Made by a program: the position numbers and the translations under genes. A stretch of 64,000 nt of DNA from Octopus vulgaris. Its lineage: Eukaryota. The number at the start of each line of letters is the position of its first letter. Position 1 is the first letter of the stretch. Where the stretch lies: NCBI GenBank assembly GCA_951406725.2, contig OX597822.1:22816001-22880000 (forward strand), given 5' to 3'. This document shows, one piece after another, positions 12,087-25,020 of the stretch. Below the pieces are notes generated by a model that saw nothing but the letters and a program-made list of their open reading frames with translations, did not search any database and was not told the DNA's origin.

Positions 12087-12876
12087 TCATCATCATCATC
12101 ATCATCATTTAACATCCGCTTTGCATGCTAGCATGGGTCGGATGATTTGACTGAGGACTGGCAAACTAGATGGCTGCACCAGACTCCAATCTGATCTGGC
12201 AGAGTTTCTATAGCTGGATGCCCTTCCTAACGCCAACCACTGAGTGTGTAGTGGGTGCTTTTACGTGCCACCGGCACGAGGGCCAGCCAGGCAGTACTGG
12301 CAACAGCCACGCTCAAATGGTGTTTTTTACGTGCTACCTGCACAGAAGCCAGTCCAGTGGCACTGGCAATGACCTCGCTCAAATGTTTTTTCACATGCCA
12401 CCAGCATGTCAGCTGCTCTGGCAACGATCACGCTTGGATGGTGCTCTCAGCACTCCACTGGCATGGGTACCAGTCTTCGAATTTGATTCGATTTCGATTT
12501 CACTTGCCTCAACAGGTCTTCGCAAGCAGAGTTTAGTGTCCATAGAAGGAAAGGTACACATAAGTGGGCTGGTTACACCCCTGGCATAGGCCACAAGTTA
12601 TGGCCTCACTTGGCTTGCCGGGTCTTCTCACGCACTGCATATTTCCAAAGGTCTCGGTCACTAGTTATTGCTTCGGTGTGGCCTAATGTTTGAAGGTCGT
12701 GCTTCACCACCTCATCCCAAGTTTTTCTGCGTCTACCTCTTCCACAGGTTCCCTCAACTGCTAAAGTGTGGCACTTTTTCACACAGCTATCCTCATCCAT
12801 TCTCGCCACATGACCATACCAGTGGTCATCTCTCTTGCACACCACATCTGATGCTTCTTAGGTCCAACTTTTCTCA
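12087..12876 (-). mobile_element. 5'-truncated RTE-clade LINE (ORF C-terminus, 3' UTR and (GAT)n tail)
   Basis: Peptide WYGHVARMDEDSCVKKC..VEGTCGRGR.RKTW.EVVKHDL is typical of the RTE ORF end. (CAT)n at 12087-12108 is the tail on the opposite strand. Confidence 0.88.
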
Positions 12877-13154
12877 TTAAAAAAAAAAAATACCAGTATA
12901 TTAAAGAATTTTCATGTTATCAAAAATATTCATTTAACAAACTCCAGAAACTGATAATATTCTTGAAATTGTGCCTCATATCAAAGTTATGCAGCTAGTT
13001 TGTGTAATAGCATGCATTTATTCAATACAAAATCACTTAAAAAATTATACCGGCATATAAAAATTTTTTTATCTTATCAAAAATATTCATTTAACAAACT
13101 CCAGAAACTAATAATATTCTTGAAATTGTGTCTAGTATCAAAGTTATATAGCTA
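12877..13154. repeat. Tandem duplication with ~157-bp period inside the Helitron
   Basis: ttatcaaaaatattcatttaacaaactccagaaact.ataatattcttgaaattgtg..tatcaaagttat occurs at ~12917 and ~13074. Confidence 0.85.
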
Positions 13155-13838
13155 TTAATAAATTATCGTTAATGAAAATAGAGGTGAGCGAGAATGAGAG
13201 GCTGTTGCAAACAAAAACATAAAATGTTGCCTGCAACGAATTAATACTGTTTATTATTAAACGTTTAAATCTACTCCGCAGTGAATGCCATGAATATTTA
13301 AATTCATGAAGAATTGAACACAGTGAATGCAATGAATATTTAAATTTGCGAGAATTTGGAGTTAAGAAAATTCAATAAACTTCAGAAATCGAAATTATAG
13401 GCAATTTCTTAGAACATGAATTTATAAAAATATTTCCAGATGGTCAAGCTTTTAATATTGCTTTCTTTTAGTACTTTTAGTAATTGTTACATACCTAATT
13501 AATAAGTAGCTTTCTCCATTATTGTATAGATACTATATTCATTGAGTTTCAACAGTCTAAATATATATTGCACAAAATACAAGCTCACTTCTTTGCTTGT
13601 AGAGCCAACAGGATGAAAGCTGCATTTGTCTTTGCATAGAACAGTATTTTATTCTAAGTTTTGTACTCAGCAACAATTCTTTGAATAATTTAAGGTTGTG
13701 AGTAAATGTATACTTATGCCTAACAACCAGTGAGTCAAGTGGGTTGCCTTTGGTGTTTATCCAACACAAGGACAAAAAGCCAAGTTAATTTTGGTGATAA
13801 CAGGCTTTTAACAAATAACAGTTTGAGCTCTGAATTTT

Positions 13839-14625
13839 GATCTTTTTCTTTTGAACGGCAGTTTTCAACACAATTTCTAGTTAACTAAACACTTTTAAAC
13901 TTCATATACTGGTAGAATGTGTTTACAAAACATCATTTTTTCTTGGCTTTATTGAGAAAATTCTATAGTTTGTAAAATATTTCCACTTTAATTTCGAGCA
14001 TTTTGACAATTTTAACCAATCGCTGACCTCCATTTGGGGTGAAAACATTCCGTGCTGTATGAATATGTCCCTCGTTTAAGAAACAGATTGGGTTTATTTA
14101 CATTTGCGAAGAAAAAAAAAGATACCCTTCCCCCCACCCCTACCCCTAACTCTAACACTAAAATAGATTGAAATGCAATAGATCGATACTAGGGTTATAA
14201 TTATGGGTGACAATTTCATACGACACCACTATGGAAAATGGGATTTTTTTCTAGCGGTGTCAAATGAAATTGTCACCCATAATTATAACCCTAGTATCGA
14301 TCTATTGCATTTCAATCTATTTTAGGGTTAGGGTTATGGTTAGGAGTGGGGGAAGGGTATCTTTTTTTCTTCGCAAATGTAAATAAACCCAATCTGTTTT
14401 TTAAACAAGGGACATATTCATACAGCACGGAATGTTTTCACCCCAAATGGAGGTCAGCGATTGGTTAAAATTGCCGAAATTAAAGTGGAATATCTTACAA
14501 ACTATAGAATTTTCTCAATAAAGCCAAGAAAAAATGATGTTTTATAAACATATTCTACCAGTATACGAAGTGTTTAGTTAACTAGAAACTGTGTTGAAAA
14601 CTGCCGTTCAAAAGGAAAAGATCCC
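13839..14625. mobile_element. Two adjacent, oppositely oriented copies of a ~390-bp MITE-like element forming a ~790-bp palindrome
   Basis: 13839-14239 is the reverse complement of 14240-14625 at high identity. The right copy has short terminal inverted repeats (GGGAT..ATCCC) and internal TTAGGG-like units. Confidence 0.9.
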
Positions 14626-14769
14626 AGAGTTCTTCACTATCTTTGGAAATACTCAGAATTTGTAATTTAGTCATTTTATGCTTAAATGTGAAAGAACACT
14701 TGGTGGATAAAACAATATAAATTAATAATGATAATGCAACATAATTTAGATGAATGAAGAATGTGGACC

Positions 14770-15069
14770 ACACATCTGAACATGGTCGATGCCAGCCTCC
14801 CTGCCCTGACAGGCTCATGTGCCAGAAGTATATAAAAATCACCATCTGAACATGGCCAATGCCAGTGCCGCCTGACTTGTTCCCGTGCTGGTGGCACATA
14901 AAAAGCATCCACTACACTCTGAGTGGTTTGCATTACGAAGGTCATCCAGCTGTAGAAACACAGCTGGATTAGATTGGAACCTGGTGCAGCTGCCTGGCTT
15001 TCCAGTCCCCAGTCAAACCATCCAACCCTGCCAGCATGGAAAACATATGTTAAACAATGATGATGATGA
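14770..15069 (+). mobile_element. RTE LINE 3' UTR fragment with (GAT)n tail
   Basis: Reverse complement of 12087-12400. Ends gcatggaaaac..gttaaacaatgatgatgatga. Confidence 0.8.
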
Positions 15070-15899
15070 CACACTACTGTGGGTATGTGCTTGTGTCAAG
15101 GTTTGATTCCTTCATTTACATGGGAAAATGCACCTGTACATTCTGTGGTATTTGGTAATGAGCATCCACCATAGAAACAATGCCAAAAATGCAATGTATA
15201 AGCAAAATCAAAGTCTATAAGCCACACCACAAGCTATCCATTAAGGAGGGTAGTAACTCCAAAGAAGAATTGACAAAAAGCAGAGGGAGCTCTTTAGTGC
15301 TGGAAGCACAATAAAATGCACAGAGTACATTCAATAAAATGCTTAGTGACAGAAAACCACCAAAACAAGGCCAAAAATTGAATGTACAAGCAATCTCTGG
15401 ATGATATGACACAGTAACTCTAAATAATAATTGGTGCAGATTTTGATAATCTGTTCAACACATGGTAGTATAGAAAAAAACTGACGTAAAAATGAGGGTT
15501 TAGATATCTAACTCATCATAATAGTAAAACAGGGTTTACAGATTGGGACTAGAACCTTAGTAAAGTAATTTAATGAAAGACAAAAACAATCTCTGAATGT
15601 GGTAGGTATTTGGGGTTTATAGAGTATCAGCAGTGTCTTATTCCTTAATGTATTTAAAGTAGCTTAAAGACAGTCTACATGTCAAGTAGAACAACAGTGT
15701 ATTTGTTGTTTTGTAATCTATTAATACATGGTAAATTAATCAGAATCTGGTAATTTTAGATAATTATTAAAGAATCCATCATTTTGGCAATAAGCTATTA
15801 ATGAAGTCAGATGAAATTCCTTTCTTGACAAGTGTGAGACAGTTGTATTGTCAAATGAATACATGTAGATGTGCTTAAAAATGTAAAAACTAATTCTGA

Positions 15900-16480
15900 G
15901 TCAAAGTTTTGAAGAAGCATGTAACTTAAGCTTGAGAAGTAAGCAGCTCTACGGAAACAATTGATTTCAGAAACAACAGAACAATTTCTTTTGAGGGTGG
16001 TGATGGCAATAAACAGATGCATTGTTGTGAATGATTTGAGTTCAATAGAATTAGAGGCAGAGTGTCAGTGGATATCAAGGTATTGGCCTTGGCAGAAAGA
16101 AATCCGGCGGATGGTTGATTTTAGCTGCTGACAAAAGACTGCAGTTTGCATTATTTGGTACCAGTTCTTGTCTTTGAAAACTCTATTTCTCGCTTTCATG
16201 TTGCTTTTTCTACAATGATACTTATCTCTTATAGGTAAGTCATTCCCTATGTTTAAAATCTCAATACACTCCAACCTCTTGTCCACAGATATGCCGTCTC
16301 CTCTCAAGCTATTCTATGGCTACTACTGTGACATCTCCTCCCCAGAGGCTGAGTGCTTTTAAGTTATCTTTACTCAAGCATCTCCAATTGACTTGTCATC
16401 CGCAACTATAATTCCCTTCCTGCACATTTATCTTGTAGTCATCAACTTGCAACTGTTCAAAGAGAATCATCAGCTCTGTG
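15900..16480 (+). mobile_element. Highly degraded non-LTR retrotransposon (CR1/Jockey-like) ORF2 3' part
   Basis: ctcaagctattctatggctactactgtgacatctcctccccagag translates to LKLFYGYYCDISSPE, resembling the LFYRYY..CS.EL motif at LINE ORF2 C-termini. Boundaries are approximate. Confidence 0.4.
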
Positions 16481-16716
16481 ATGGTTGTGGACACAGTCCC
16501 TCTATAAATATATATTTTTAAAAATTGCTAATTGGAAGTAAGCATTCTGTAACTCAAACAGACTGTTAAAAATATCAAGTATAATGTATATGAACTTTAC
16601 AGAACAATAGAAAAAATACAGAGAACAAATTCCTCTTGTAACATTTTAAATTACTGCTTGAACATGTTTCATGTTTTTCATCCTCTATCCTACCAAATAA
16701 GTAGTTTTGATGTAGA

Positions 16717-16925
16717 GTTAAATCAGTTATATCTGGCCCAAATATTCTACCTTTTTTATGTTCAAACTGACTAGATCTTGCTTCTTACACCTACCCTACA
16801 ATATCATTCTAAAAATGAATTCCACCATCGAAAGCTTGAAGTTACAAGGTAATACACAATTAATTCAAAGCAATGTAAATAAATAAACATTACATTTGAC
16901 CGAGTAATCTGAATGCTAAAGGGTT
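16717..16925 (-). mobile_element. piggyBac-like MITE (TTAA-CCCTT..AAGGG family)
   Basis: Ends gtaatctgaatgctaaaggg. Homologous to the copies at 21987, 53797, 58459 and 58696. Confidence 0.75.
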
Positions 16926-17568
16926 TATGGCATTGAAATCAAAAAGAAACTATATATATATATTTGTATTTCTTTAAATGAAGGTGAGACTTCCTTTCAG
17001 AAACTGAGAACTCAAAGTAGTGACAGAAGAACAGGTACCTTTTATTCTCATTTTCTGAATGCTAATGCAAGTATATGCTTGCAAATGGTATGCCATACAT
17101 GTAGATGGATCAAAATTCATAAACTACATATAATTTTTGCCATTGCAGACCACTACTGGATTTCTCAGGCTGTTTTCTTCTCTTGATTGTATACATACAA
17201 ACACAATAGGAAAGATGATGGCACACTTGCTGATAGTCACACTCAATAAGAATACAACCATCTAATACCAGTGGTAGAGAATTCTAAGTTAGGTAGATCA
17301 AGGCACATAGTATTAGAAACTGTGACACTCTTTCTTCACTGATTATCAGTACAGCCCAGATCTACGGGAAACGTTCGTGTCATTGGTGGCTCTCTTCGTT
17401 GAGAACTTTGACAAAAGCCATATTGTGGCTTGTTTCTGATGTCTCTTATTTATTGGATTGGTAGCTTCCTGTCAGCCTGCACCATTTGCAATATGAACCA
17501 ATTCCTTCTGATTCATATTCCATCAACTCTGGTCTATCTCAAGGTTCAATAATATTCTGATTTAACAA

Positions 17569-17783
17569 AGGCGGTGAGCTGGCAGAAACATTAGCACGCT
17601 GGGTGAAATGCTTAGTGGCATTTCATCTGTCTTTATGTTCTGAGTTCAAATTCCACCAAGGTCGACTTTGCCTTTCATCTTTCGGGATCGATAAATTAAG
17701 TACCAGTTGCATACAGAGATCAATCTAATCGACTGCCCCTAAAATTTCAGGCCTTGTGCCCAGAGTAGAAAAGAAAAGAATAT
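17569..17783 (+). mobile_element. SINE family A with an 11-bp target-site duplication
   Basis: Head aggcggtgagctggcagaa. TGATTTAACAA is repeated at 17558-17568 and 17784-17794. Confidence 0.9.
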
Positions 17784-18639
17784 TGATTTAACAACCTACT
17801 TGTTATTTTTTTTAAATACACCATTCTACATTTCACTTCTGAAACCTGTATCAAATCTGACTGTGTATATGTGAGAGAGACTAACAGAACTATGGAAGTC
17901 TTGTGTAAGCATAATACACAACTAAGACCCTCAATCTCTCATGTTATTAATCCCTATCCTTCCCCCACCAAATTAGCCATCTACATACCCTCTCTACTCC
18001 AGCCCGCTCTCCTCCCAGACTCAGCATGAAACACTTTTCCCAATCCTTTCTACAGAATTGTAAACCCTGCATTTCCCTCTAACTCTTTATTACAGATGCT
18101 GAAGACAAATGTGGAACCACATCATTTCTGAAAGGCTGGGAGTACTGGCTCTTAGTTTTGCTCTTAAATTCAAAAATAGAACAGCTTAGAGAAGTAAATG
18201 GTTAGTGTGGCTCTCTACTTTCTTAGCTAACTGTAATGCCTTTCCTATACAAAAATAAATCATAATATATTATGATCAAATATCTACATAATGGTATTTC
18301 ATAAAAACATAATCGAATGTAAATACTTAACAGCACTAAAAATGTTAGAAGTTCTAAATCTTTGTTTGATGAAACAACTCAATTAAGAACCTTCAGAGAG
18401 ATAGAGAAATTTGGTGCCAATTCACAAGGATGTCGCTAATGCAGTGTAAACAGCAGCAGTTGATGAATGCTACAATTAGTTATGCAATAGTATGGAGACC
18501 ATTCATATATTTAGTCAGCACATCTAGTACCAGTTGTCACTTGGTAAGTAAGAAATAATTTGGAAGCAGAACACAGATTATGTAATGAGAGAGAGACCTA
18601 CATCAGTAATATTAATGGAGTTAAATGTTAAAAGTTGTT

Positions 18640-20545
18640 TAATGAAAGGATTCTTGAGTAAATCAATGCACAAAGCAACTGAGCGGGCATGTTGATGTAT
18701 GTTGCATCCCAGAGGTAAAGTGGAGAGGAGCTTCAGCCAGGTTCTTCACAAGCAAGACACATAGGTATAAAATCTTCTGGGAAAATAACAGTGATGGAGT
18801 AGGTGGTGTGGGCACACTTCTTGCAGAAAAATGGGTGGATAAGGTCATAGAGGTAGTCAGAGTGTGCAATAGAGTACTTAAGCTCAGGCTAGTGTTGCAG
18901 AATAGTATAGCTAGAATTATATCTGCCTATGCCCCAACAAGTGGGCCTACCAAATGAACAAAAGGACCACTTATATGATATTCTTCTGCAGGCTACCTCA
19001 GACAAATGACAATGATCTCATCTTCCTGGCTGGGGATTTCAATGGGCATGTTGGACGGCAGCTCGGTATCTTCCATAGTGTACATAGGGGCCACAGAATT
19101 GGTTCCCAAAACAAAGAGGGAACAAAGCTACTGGAGTTCTGTGCAAATAACCTTTTGATCTGCAACACCAACTCCAGGAAGCCAGCCAGATCGATTTCAT
19201 TCTCACTAGACAGTAGCCTGCATAGTTGCTTTTAAATACAAAGACCTTCCCTGGTGAAAAATGTACCCCCCAGCATAGACTTTAGACTCCAGGCCAGAAG
19301 GATGCCAAGAAGCAGACCAATCTGGAAAAGGATTTGGAAGCTTAAGGACCCTTCATATGGTCAGAGATTTAGGGACATCCTAATTGAGAAATTTGATGAG
19401 AGCGAGGGCTACAAACTTGTGACATAGAGGGCAACTGGAAATTCCTGTGAGACAGCTTGCTGAGTACCACAGACCAAATCTGTGGCTGGTGCAAAGTCTC
19501 TTCCAGACCTAGGGTGATGTGGTGGTGGAACAATACTGTAGACAGGGCCATTAGAGCAAAGAAACAGGCCTGGAAGAGTGAGGGCAGAAGGAAACTGTAT
19601 CTGATAGCTAGATGGGAAGCTAGGAGACAGGTATATCTAGCCAAGGGAGAAGCAGAAAAGAAGTTTGCCTATGTTCAGTGTTGTGAAGACCAAAGAACTG
19701 AAGTATTTTGGATTGCAAAACAGTCTGTGAGAGAAATGTGTCTGTATGGTTGATAGTGCACTTTTAATGAGTCTGCAAAGAGGATTGGAGATGCTATTAT
19801 GAAAGACTACTGTATGTGGAGAATAAATTGCAGGAGGAGAGTCTGCCAAATGCTGCTCCAATTGAGGGACCAGCTACCCAAATTGACAGTACCCTGGTGG
19901 ATAAAGCAATTAAGGATATGTAGACAGAGAAAGCCTCCGGCCTATGAGGAATCACTGCTGAGATGCTTGAAATATCTGGTAGTGTGGGTTATGGTCTAGT
20001 CACCCATATTGTAAATTAGGTGACTGGTGTAGCAGTGCCATAGTCAACTAATACAAAGGTATCAAATTGCTGGATAAGGTAACAAAAATTATGGAGATAA
20101 TCATAGCCCAAACAATTAGGGAGAGAATTAGTCTAGATGAGATGCAGTTTGGTTTTGTGCCAGAGAGACGCACCACTGATGCTATATTTCTGGTAAGGCA
20201 ACTGCAGGAGAAATACATGACCAAAGATATAAACCTCTGTACTTGGCTTTTGTTGACTTATAGAAAACTTTTGACAGAGTCCCCCAATCCCTTACTTGGT
20301 GGTCAACATGGAAACTAGGGGTAGATGAGTGGTTGGTGAGAGTTGTACAAGCCATGATCAGGAACGTTACCAGTAAGGTGAGGTGGGCAACAAGTACAGT
20401 AAAGAATTCAAGGAGCATGTAGAGGTTCACCAAGGATTGGTGCTCAACCCCCTCTTGTTTGTTCATCATAGTCCACCAGGCAATAACAGAGGAATTCAAG
20501 ACAGGCTGCTCTTGGGAGCTCCTTTATGCTATGCTGATGACCATG
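18640..20545 (+). mobile_element. Degraded RTE-clade LINE: AP endonuclease and reverse transcriptase, truncated at the YADD motif
   Basis: Translated pieces DGVGGVG.LLAEKWVDKV, IISAYAP, LAGDFNGHVG, WWWNNTVDRAIRAKK, MQFGFVPERRTTDAIFLVRQLQEKY, VHQG..LNPLLF and WELLYA..ADD, with many stops and frameshifts. Confidence 0.92.
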
Positions 20546-20704
20546 AAAAAAAGGGGTAGCCCCAGAACACTTGGTGCTGGGCATTCAAGGACCTGAGAAA
20601 ACTAACAAATTGACCACACTGGTGGTAGCTTGTTGCCTTGTGCCTCTCACACTGCAAGAGGACCATAGTCTAGGTTATAAACATCACAAAGTTTATAACT
20701 TTGG

Positions 20705-20841
20705 TTGGGCTATGATTCTCTCCATAATTTTTGTTACCTTATCCAGCAATTTGATACCTTTGTATTAGTTGACTATGGTACTGCTACACCAGTCACCTAA
20801 TTTACAATATGGGTGACTAGACCATAACCCACACTACCAGA
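20705..20841 (-). repeat. Near-perfect inverted copy of 19975-20111
   Basis: 137-nt reverse complement with only two mismatches found on manual alignment. Confidence 0.92.
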
Positions 20842-21412
20842 AACGGTTAATTTGTAATTAAATTCAAATAATGTGCAGAATTTTATAGCTTCAAGCTTTC
20901 AGTGAAATGATAGTGGAACCTATTTTCCTATCCTACATGAGCTTGGAGATAAAATCCAGTCAATAACCAGACCTTTTCAAAAGGAAAATACCTCTATGCA
21001 GTAGCTCAACATGCAAGAAATAACAGCCAAATCTTCCTTAAATTAAGATGTAGTCTTTTTAAAAAGGATGCATTAGATAAAGCAGTCTCAGATACCACCT
21101 CCACTTGATCAAGGTTAATCTGAAACTAAACAACTATTTAATGAGTCTACATTATTGCAGTCTACAAGAAATAGGAACCAAATCTTCAAATTATGCCAAA
21201 CTGTTTCAACAACAAATGTAGAACATATTGGAGAATAAAGTCTTCAATACACAGTTTGAAATAAAAGAGGGAATGTCCATGTTAATTGCAAACCTGGGGT
21301 TGAATAACAATAGCAGAGTGGACATTGACCGAAAGCAATGGATGCAAACAATACTCAAAAATCAAAATAAGCCACTGATTTTAGACAAGAAAATTTTAAA
21401 TTTAGAAAACTA

Positions 21413-21794
21413 TAGGTGCAAGCAGAGCTGTGTGGTAAGAAGCTTGCTTCCCAACCTCATGGATCCAGGTTCAGTCCCACTGTGACACCTTGGGCAAGTG
21501 TCCTCTACTATAGCTTTGGGCTGACCAAAGCCTTGTGAGTGGATTTGGTGGATGGAAACTGAAAGAAGCCCATTATATATATATATATTTGTCTCAGTGT
21601 CTGTTTGTCCTCACCACTGCTTGACAACCAATGTTGGTATGTTTATGTTCCCATAACTTAACAGTTCGACAAAAGAGACCGATAGAATAAATACTAGGCT
21701 TACAAAGAATAAGTCCTGGGGTCAATTTCTTCAAAACCCTTTAAGGCAGTGCTCCAGCATGGCCACAATCAAATGACTGAAACATGTAAGAGAA
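21413..21794 (+). mobile_element. SINE family B, full length
   Basis: Head gctgtgtggtaagaagcttgcttcccaacc..ggttcagtcccactg, internal (TA)n, tail gtgctccagcatggcc..aaatgactgaaac. Confidence 0.88.
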
Positions 21795-21986
21795 TCTCAT
21801 TCACTAAGAAAATTTCTCTGACTCTGTCAATTACACTAGCAATATAACTACTTATCTAAAGCACAGAACCAAAAACAAATAATCAATGATTAATTGGCAG
21901 GTCATACAAGACACTTTGATAGCTCCTTATATTCTAGAACAGTGCAGAAGTCACCACTTTGTGCAGCAATATTGAAAATTAACTTA

Positions 21987-22114
21987 GCCCTTCAACACTT
22001 CAATTGACCATATCAGGCCTCTCACACCTACCTTTATTCAGTCTAAAAATCACATCAAAATAATGTGAATAAACAAGCATTACATTTGTGAGTAATCTGA
22101 ATGTTGTAAGGTTA
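21987..22114 (-). mobile_element. Degraded piggyBac-like MITE
   Basis: Motifs ggcctctcacacctacc and gcattacatttg..agtaatctgaatg are shared with the family. Confidence 0.6.
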
Positions 22115-25020
22115 ATTTATAGAATTAAGCTTACATTCTATGAGAAAAGTTGATTGATATTTTATCTACAGCAAGCTACAGAATTCGGCATTCAGCACCA
22201 ACCTAGTTGCAAATGAAAGGCAAGCATCATAAAACTTTTAGCACTTTTTTTGTACATCTAATATTTAAGTGAAATAAATTCTTGTATAAAATAAAATCCA
22301 GAAACTAAGTAACATTATACAAGTTGACTGTTCTGTTAACCAAATTAGTTCAAACCTGCTTAATATCAATGATTCAGTCTTTGCAGTCAATCAGTTTAAG
22401 TCTAGATATTTTATCAACCACATAGAGAGAGAGAAAAGCTTAAATCAACCCAGATAGACTTCAAGTACTGCAGCTAATGAGACTGAAGCTAAGTCAGTCA
22501 GCAGAACAATCAACCTGTATAATGTTATTCAGATTTCTGTGGTTTATTATTTCATATAAGATTTTATTTGGCTAAGATAACAGGTAAATGTAAAAGTTAC
22601 AATGACTCTATGGTTACTTATCCTTTCATACTCAATAAGGATGGTGTTTAGCATTGATTTCTTTGCCATTTAGTCGACATAAACTACCAGTCAGTTTTAA
22701 GCAACTTTCCACGCCAGACTGTAAATTAATTAAATGCATCACTTCATTGCTATTGCACCATCCTGTGTTACTGGAAACTAGCTGGTGAAAATTTAATTTC
22801 TTGCATGAACTGCTCAATTTGTCACTGACTGCCTAAGCATTTGTTCATTTATATCTTCTAGAGTTATTCCTACAATAAGGCCAGAGATATTACAAAACTC
22901 ATCATAGAATCTTGCTGTGTTGTTCACTTAAAAAAGCTTGAGAAAGGTTATACTCTTTTGCACTGTAACTACAGAAACAAAATATGTAGAATGAGTTTTG
23001 GTTTAAAGATAAAATAATAAAACTCAGATTGTCATAAAGTGTAGCTTGCTTTTATTTGCTACTAATTTTATATGTACTTGGTAAACTTTTGTTGATATTA
23101 AAGTGCTTCATTAGGTTCTCTGTAAATGCAAACGATATTACATGAGGAGTGATGGGCATACAGTCGTTAGTTATAGAGGATCTTCCACAAAAACGCAGGT
23201 ACTGATACATGAGAGTTGCTGTATGCCTATAAACTGTTTGCGCAAAAGGATTTTGAAACATAACACTAATCCCATGTAGCAAATATGAGATTTAATAACA
23301 GTTGATTAAATGATAGAATTCATAGTAAATCTATAGTTCTGTCTACAAACACAAAGAATACTGTCATGGAAGCTAAATGAGGGACCTAATCTCACATCCA
23401 AAGTTAGTAAGGTCGTGTAGTCTTGTGGAATTCCCTGACATCATCACTCCACATCTGTATTCCATGCTGGCATGGGATTAATGGTTTGACAGAATCTGAA
23501 GGGCCTGAGGACTGTACCATGTTCCAGTGTTTGTTTGGCATAGTATCTCACTGTATTCCGTTCCTAATGTCGACTACTTTACAATGAGTACAGGGTGCTC
23601 TTTTTAGCACTAGTGAAGTTACCATGAAAGGGTATGACCCTCGAGTAGAATGGGAAAACTTTATGCTAGAAGGACAAGGAGCTTAGTCAGAATGAGTAGT
23701 TCAAAGCACAAAGAGGATACATATACAATGCTTACAATAATAGTATGGTGTTCTTCTGGTAGTGAGCTAGGGCTTTAAATATCTTAGACTTAAGTTACAT
23801 TTTCTGTCACAAAAGACACTAATTAATAAGATACTTTTGAAGAGTTCACTAATTGATTGTCAGGAATGTTAGTTCATACATCATTTTCTCATTGCTTAGT
23901 ACAAAGTCAGTCTTCATTGAATTCTTTTCTGATAGACGATTCTAGGGTTACATTGTATAACAAGATCTTCTAAGATGGCAAGGTGTGATTTGAGGGAAAT
24001 TTGGTTGCTATTAGTTGTAGACCAAGCACACATAAAGGGCTCCTCAGTTGATTGTTGTTTAGATGCAGGTCAACCCTGTTTGAGAAAACTTATGATCAAA
24101 GGGATCCCGGATGTGGCTAGCCAGTCTTTTTAAGGATTTATTATAACTTCTTTTCTTGATGTGTTTTCTTTATTTAAAGTAGTAAAGTGTGATGAAGGAG
24201 TGTTAGCTGCTATTTCTAGCAAGTAAAGCAACTACATAGAAGCTTCCATGTATGGTGATGAAGATTAGACAGTCTAAAAATTCAGTCTCCAGGTAGTGAA
24301 TGACACAAAGCATGTCATTATTTAAATTTAAACAGGCTCCAAAGAGAATAAAATCATTGAGATCTTGATGACATCAGACTTCTTATACAACTTTCTGGGC
24401 ATCCTCAACTCCTAATGGAGTTTTCAGCATGCCATTAACATATGGTATGTTTCTGGCATTTCAAACACGGTGGAACTCATCTCTCTCCAGGTTTGGACAC
24501 AGTTGATTTCTTCCAGAGACTGAGAACTGATTCCAGTAAGACGAAAGACAAAGTTGGCCCCAGGGGAATTTGAACTTGGTGAGCTGCGATGGAATGAATG
24601 CAGCACGGCATCCTGCACAACACTCTAATGACTGTTAATGCTGCCACCCACATATGTACAACTGTGCAGTAATTGTGTAAGTTGTAAAGAAAAATAAATA
24701 TTTGTGAATCCAATTTGAATGGTATGATCCCTACTTCATGTCTAAATAATCTTACACAGCTGTTTAAAACAGGGAAATAAATTAGCACAAACATAAATTA
24801 ATCATCATAGCTTAGCGCATTCAATGGCAAGAGGGGAGAGGAATAGATCTTACAATCATCTATATTTAACTCTTCTGATAACAACCCACCTGAGACCACT
24901 CCTAGGTCCTGATACATTTGGCACCTTGGTTTTAGAATCACAGAAGTGTTAAATAGAATGTTCATTTCTACCTAGATCTGAAGCGCTAAGTTTTCTCAAG
25001 TCATTTAGAAGCATTTCTAA

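Larger units (their letters stand above)
10198..13530 (-). mobile_element. Internally deleted Helitron with both termini and two nested insertions
   Basis: Minus-strand 5' end A|TCTATACAATAA at 13530. 3' end CTAG|T at 10201..10198, with a subterminal CpG-decayed hairpin (accaccc-tca-gggcagt, 10209-10225). Contains Pif1-helicase remnants. Confidence 0.8.

Noticed and set aside
14320-14352. TTAGGG repeats as an interstitial telomere or chromosome-fusion scar
   Set aside because: Only 3-4 degenerate units, mirrored in both arms as an internal part of the MITE-like element.
17569-17660. tRNA gene suggested by A/B-box-like motifs
   Set aside because: It is the head of a SINE with a body, tail and TSD, and it does not form a complete cloverleaf.
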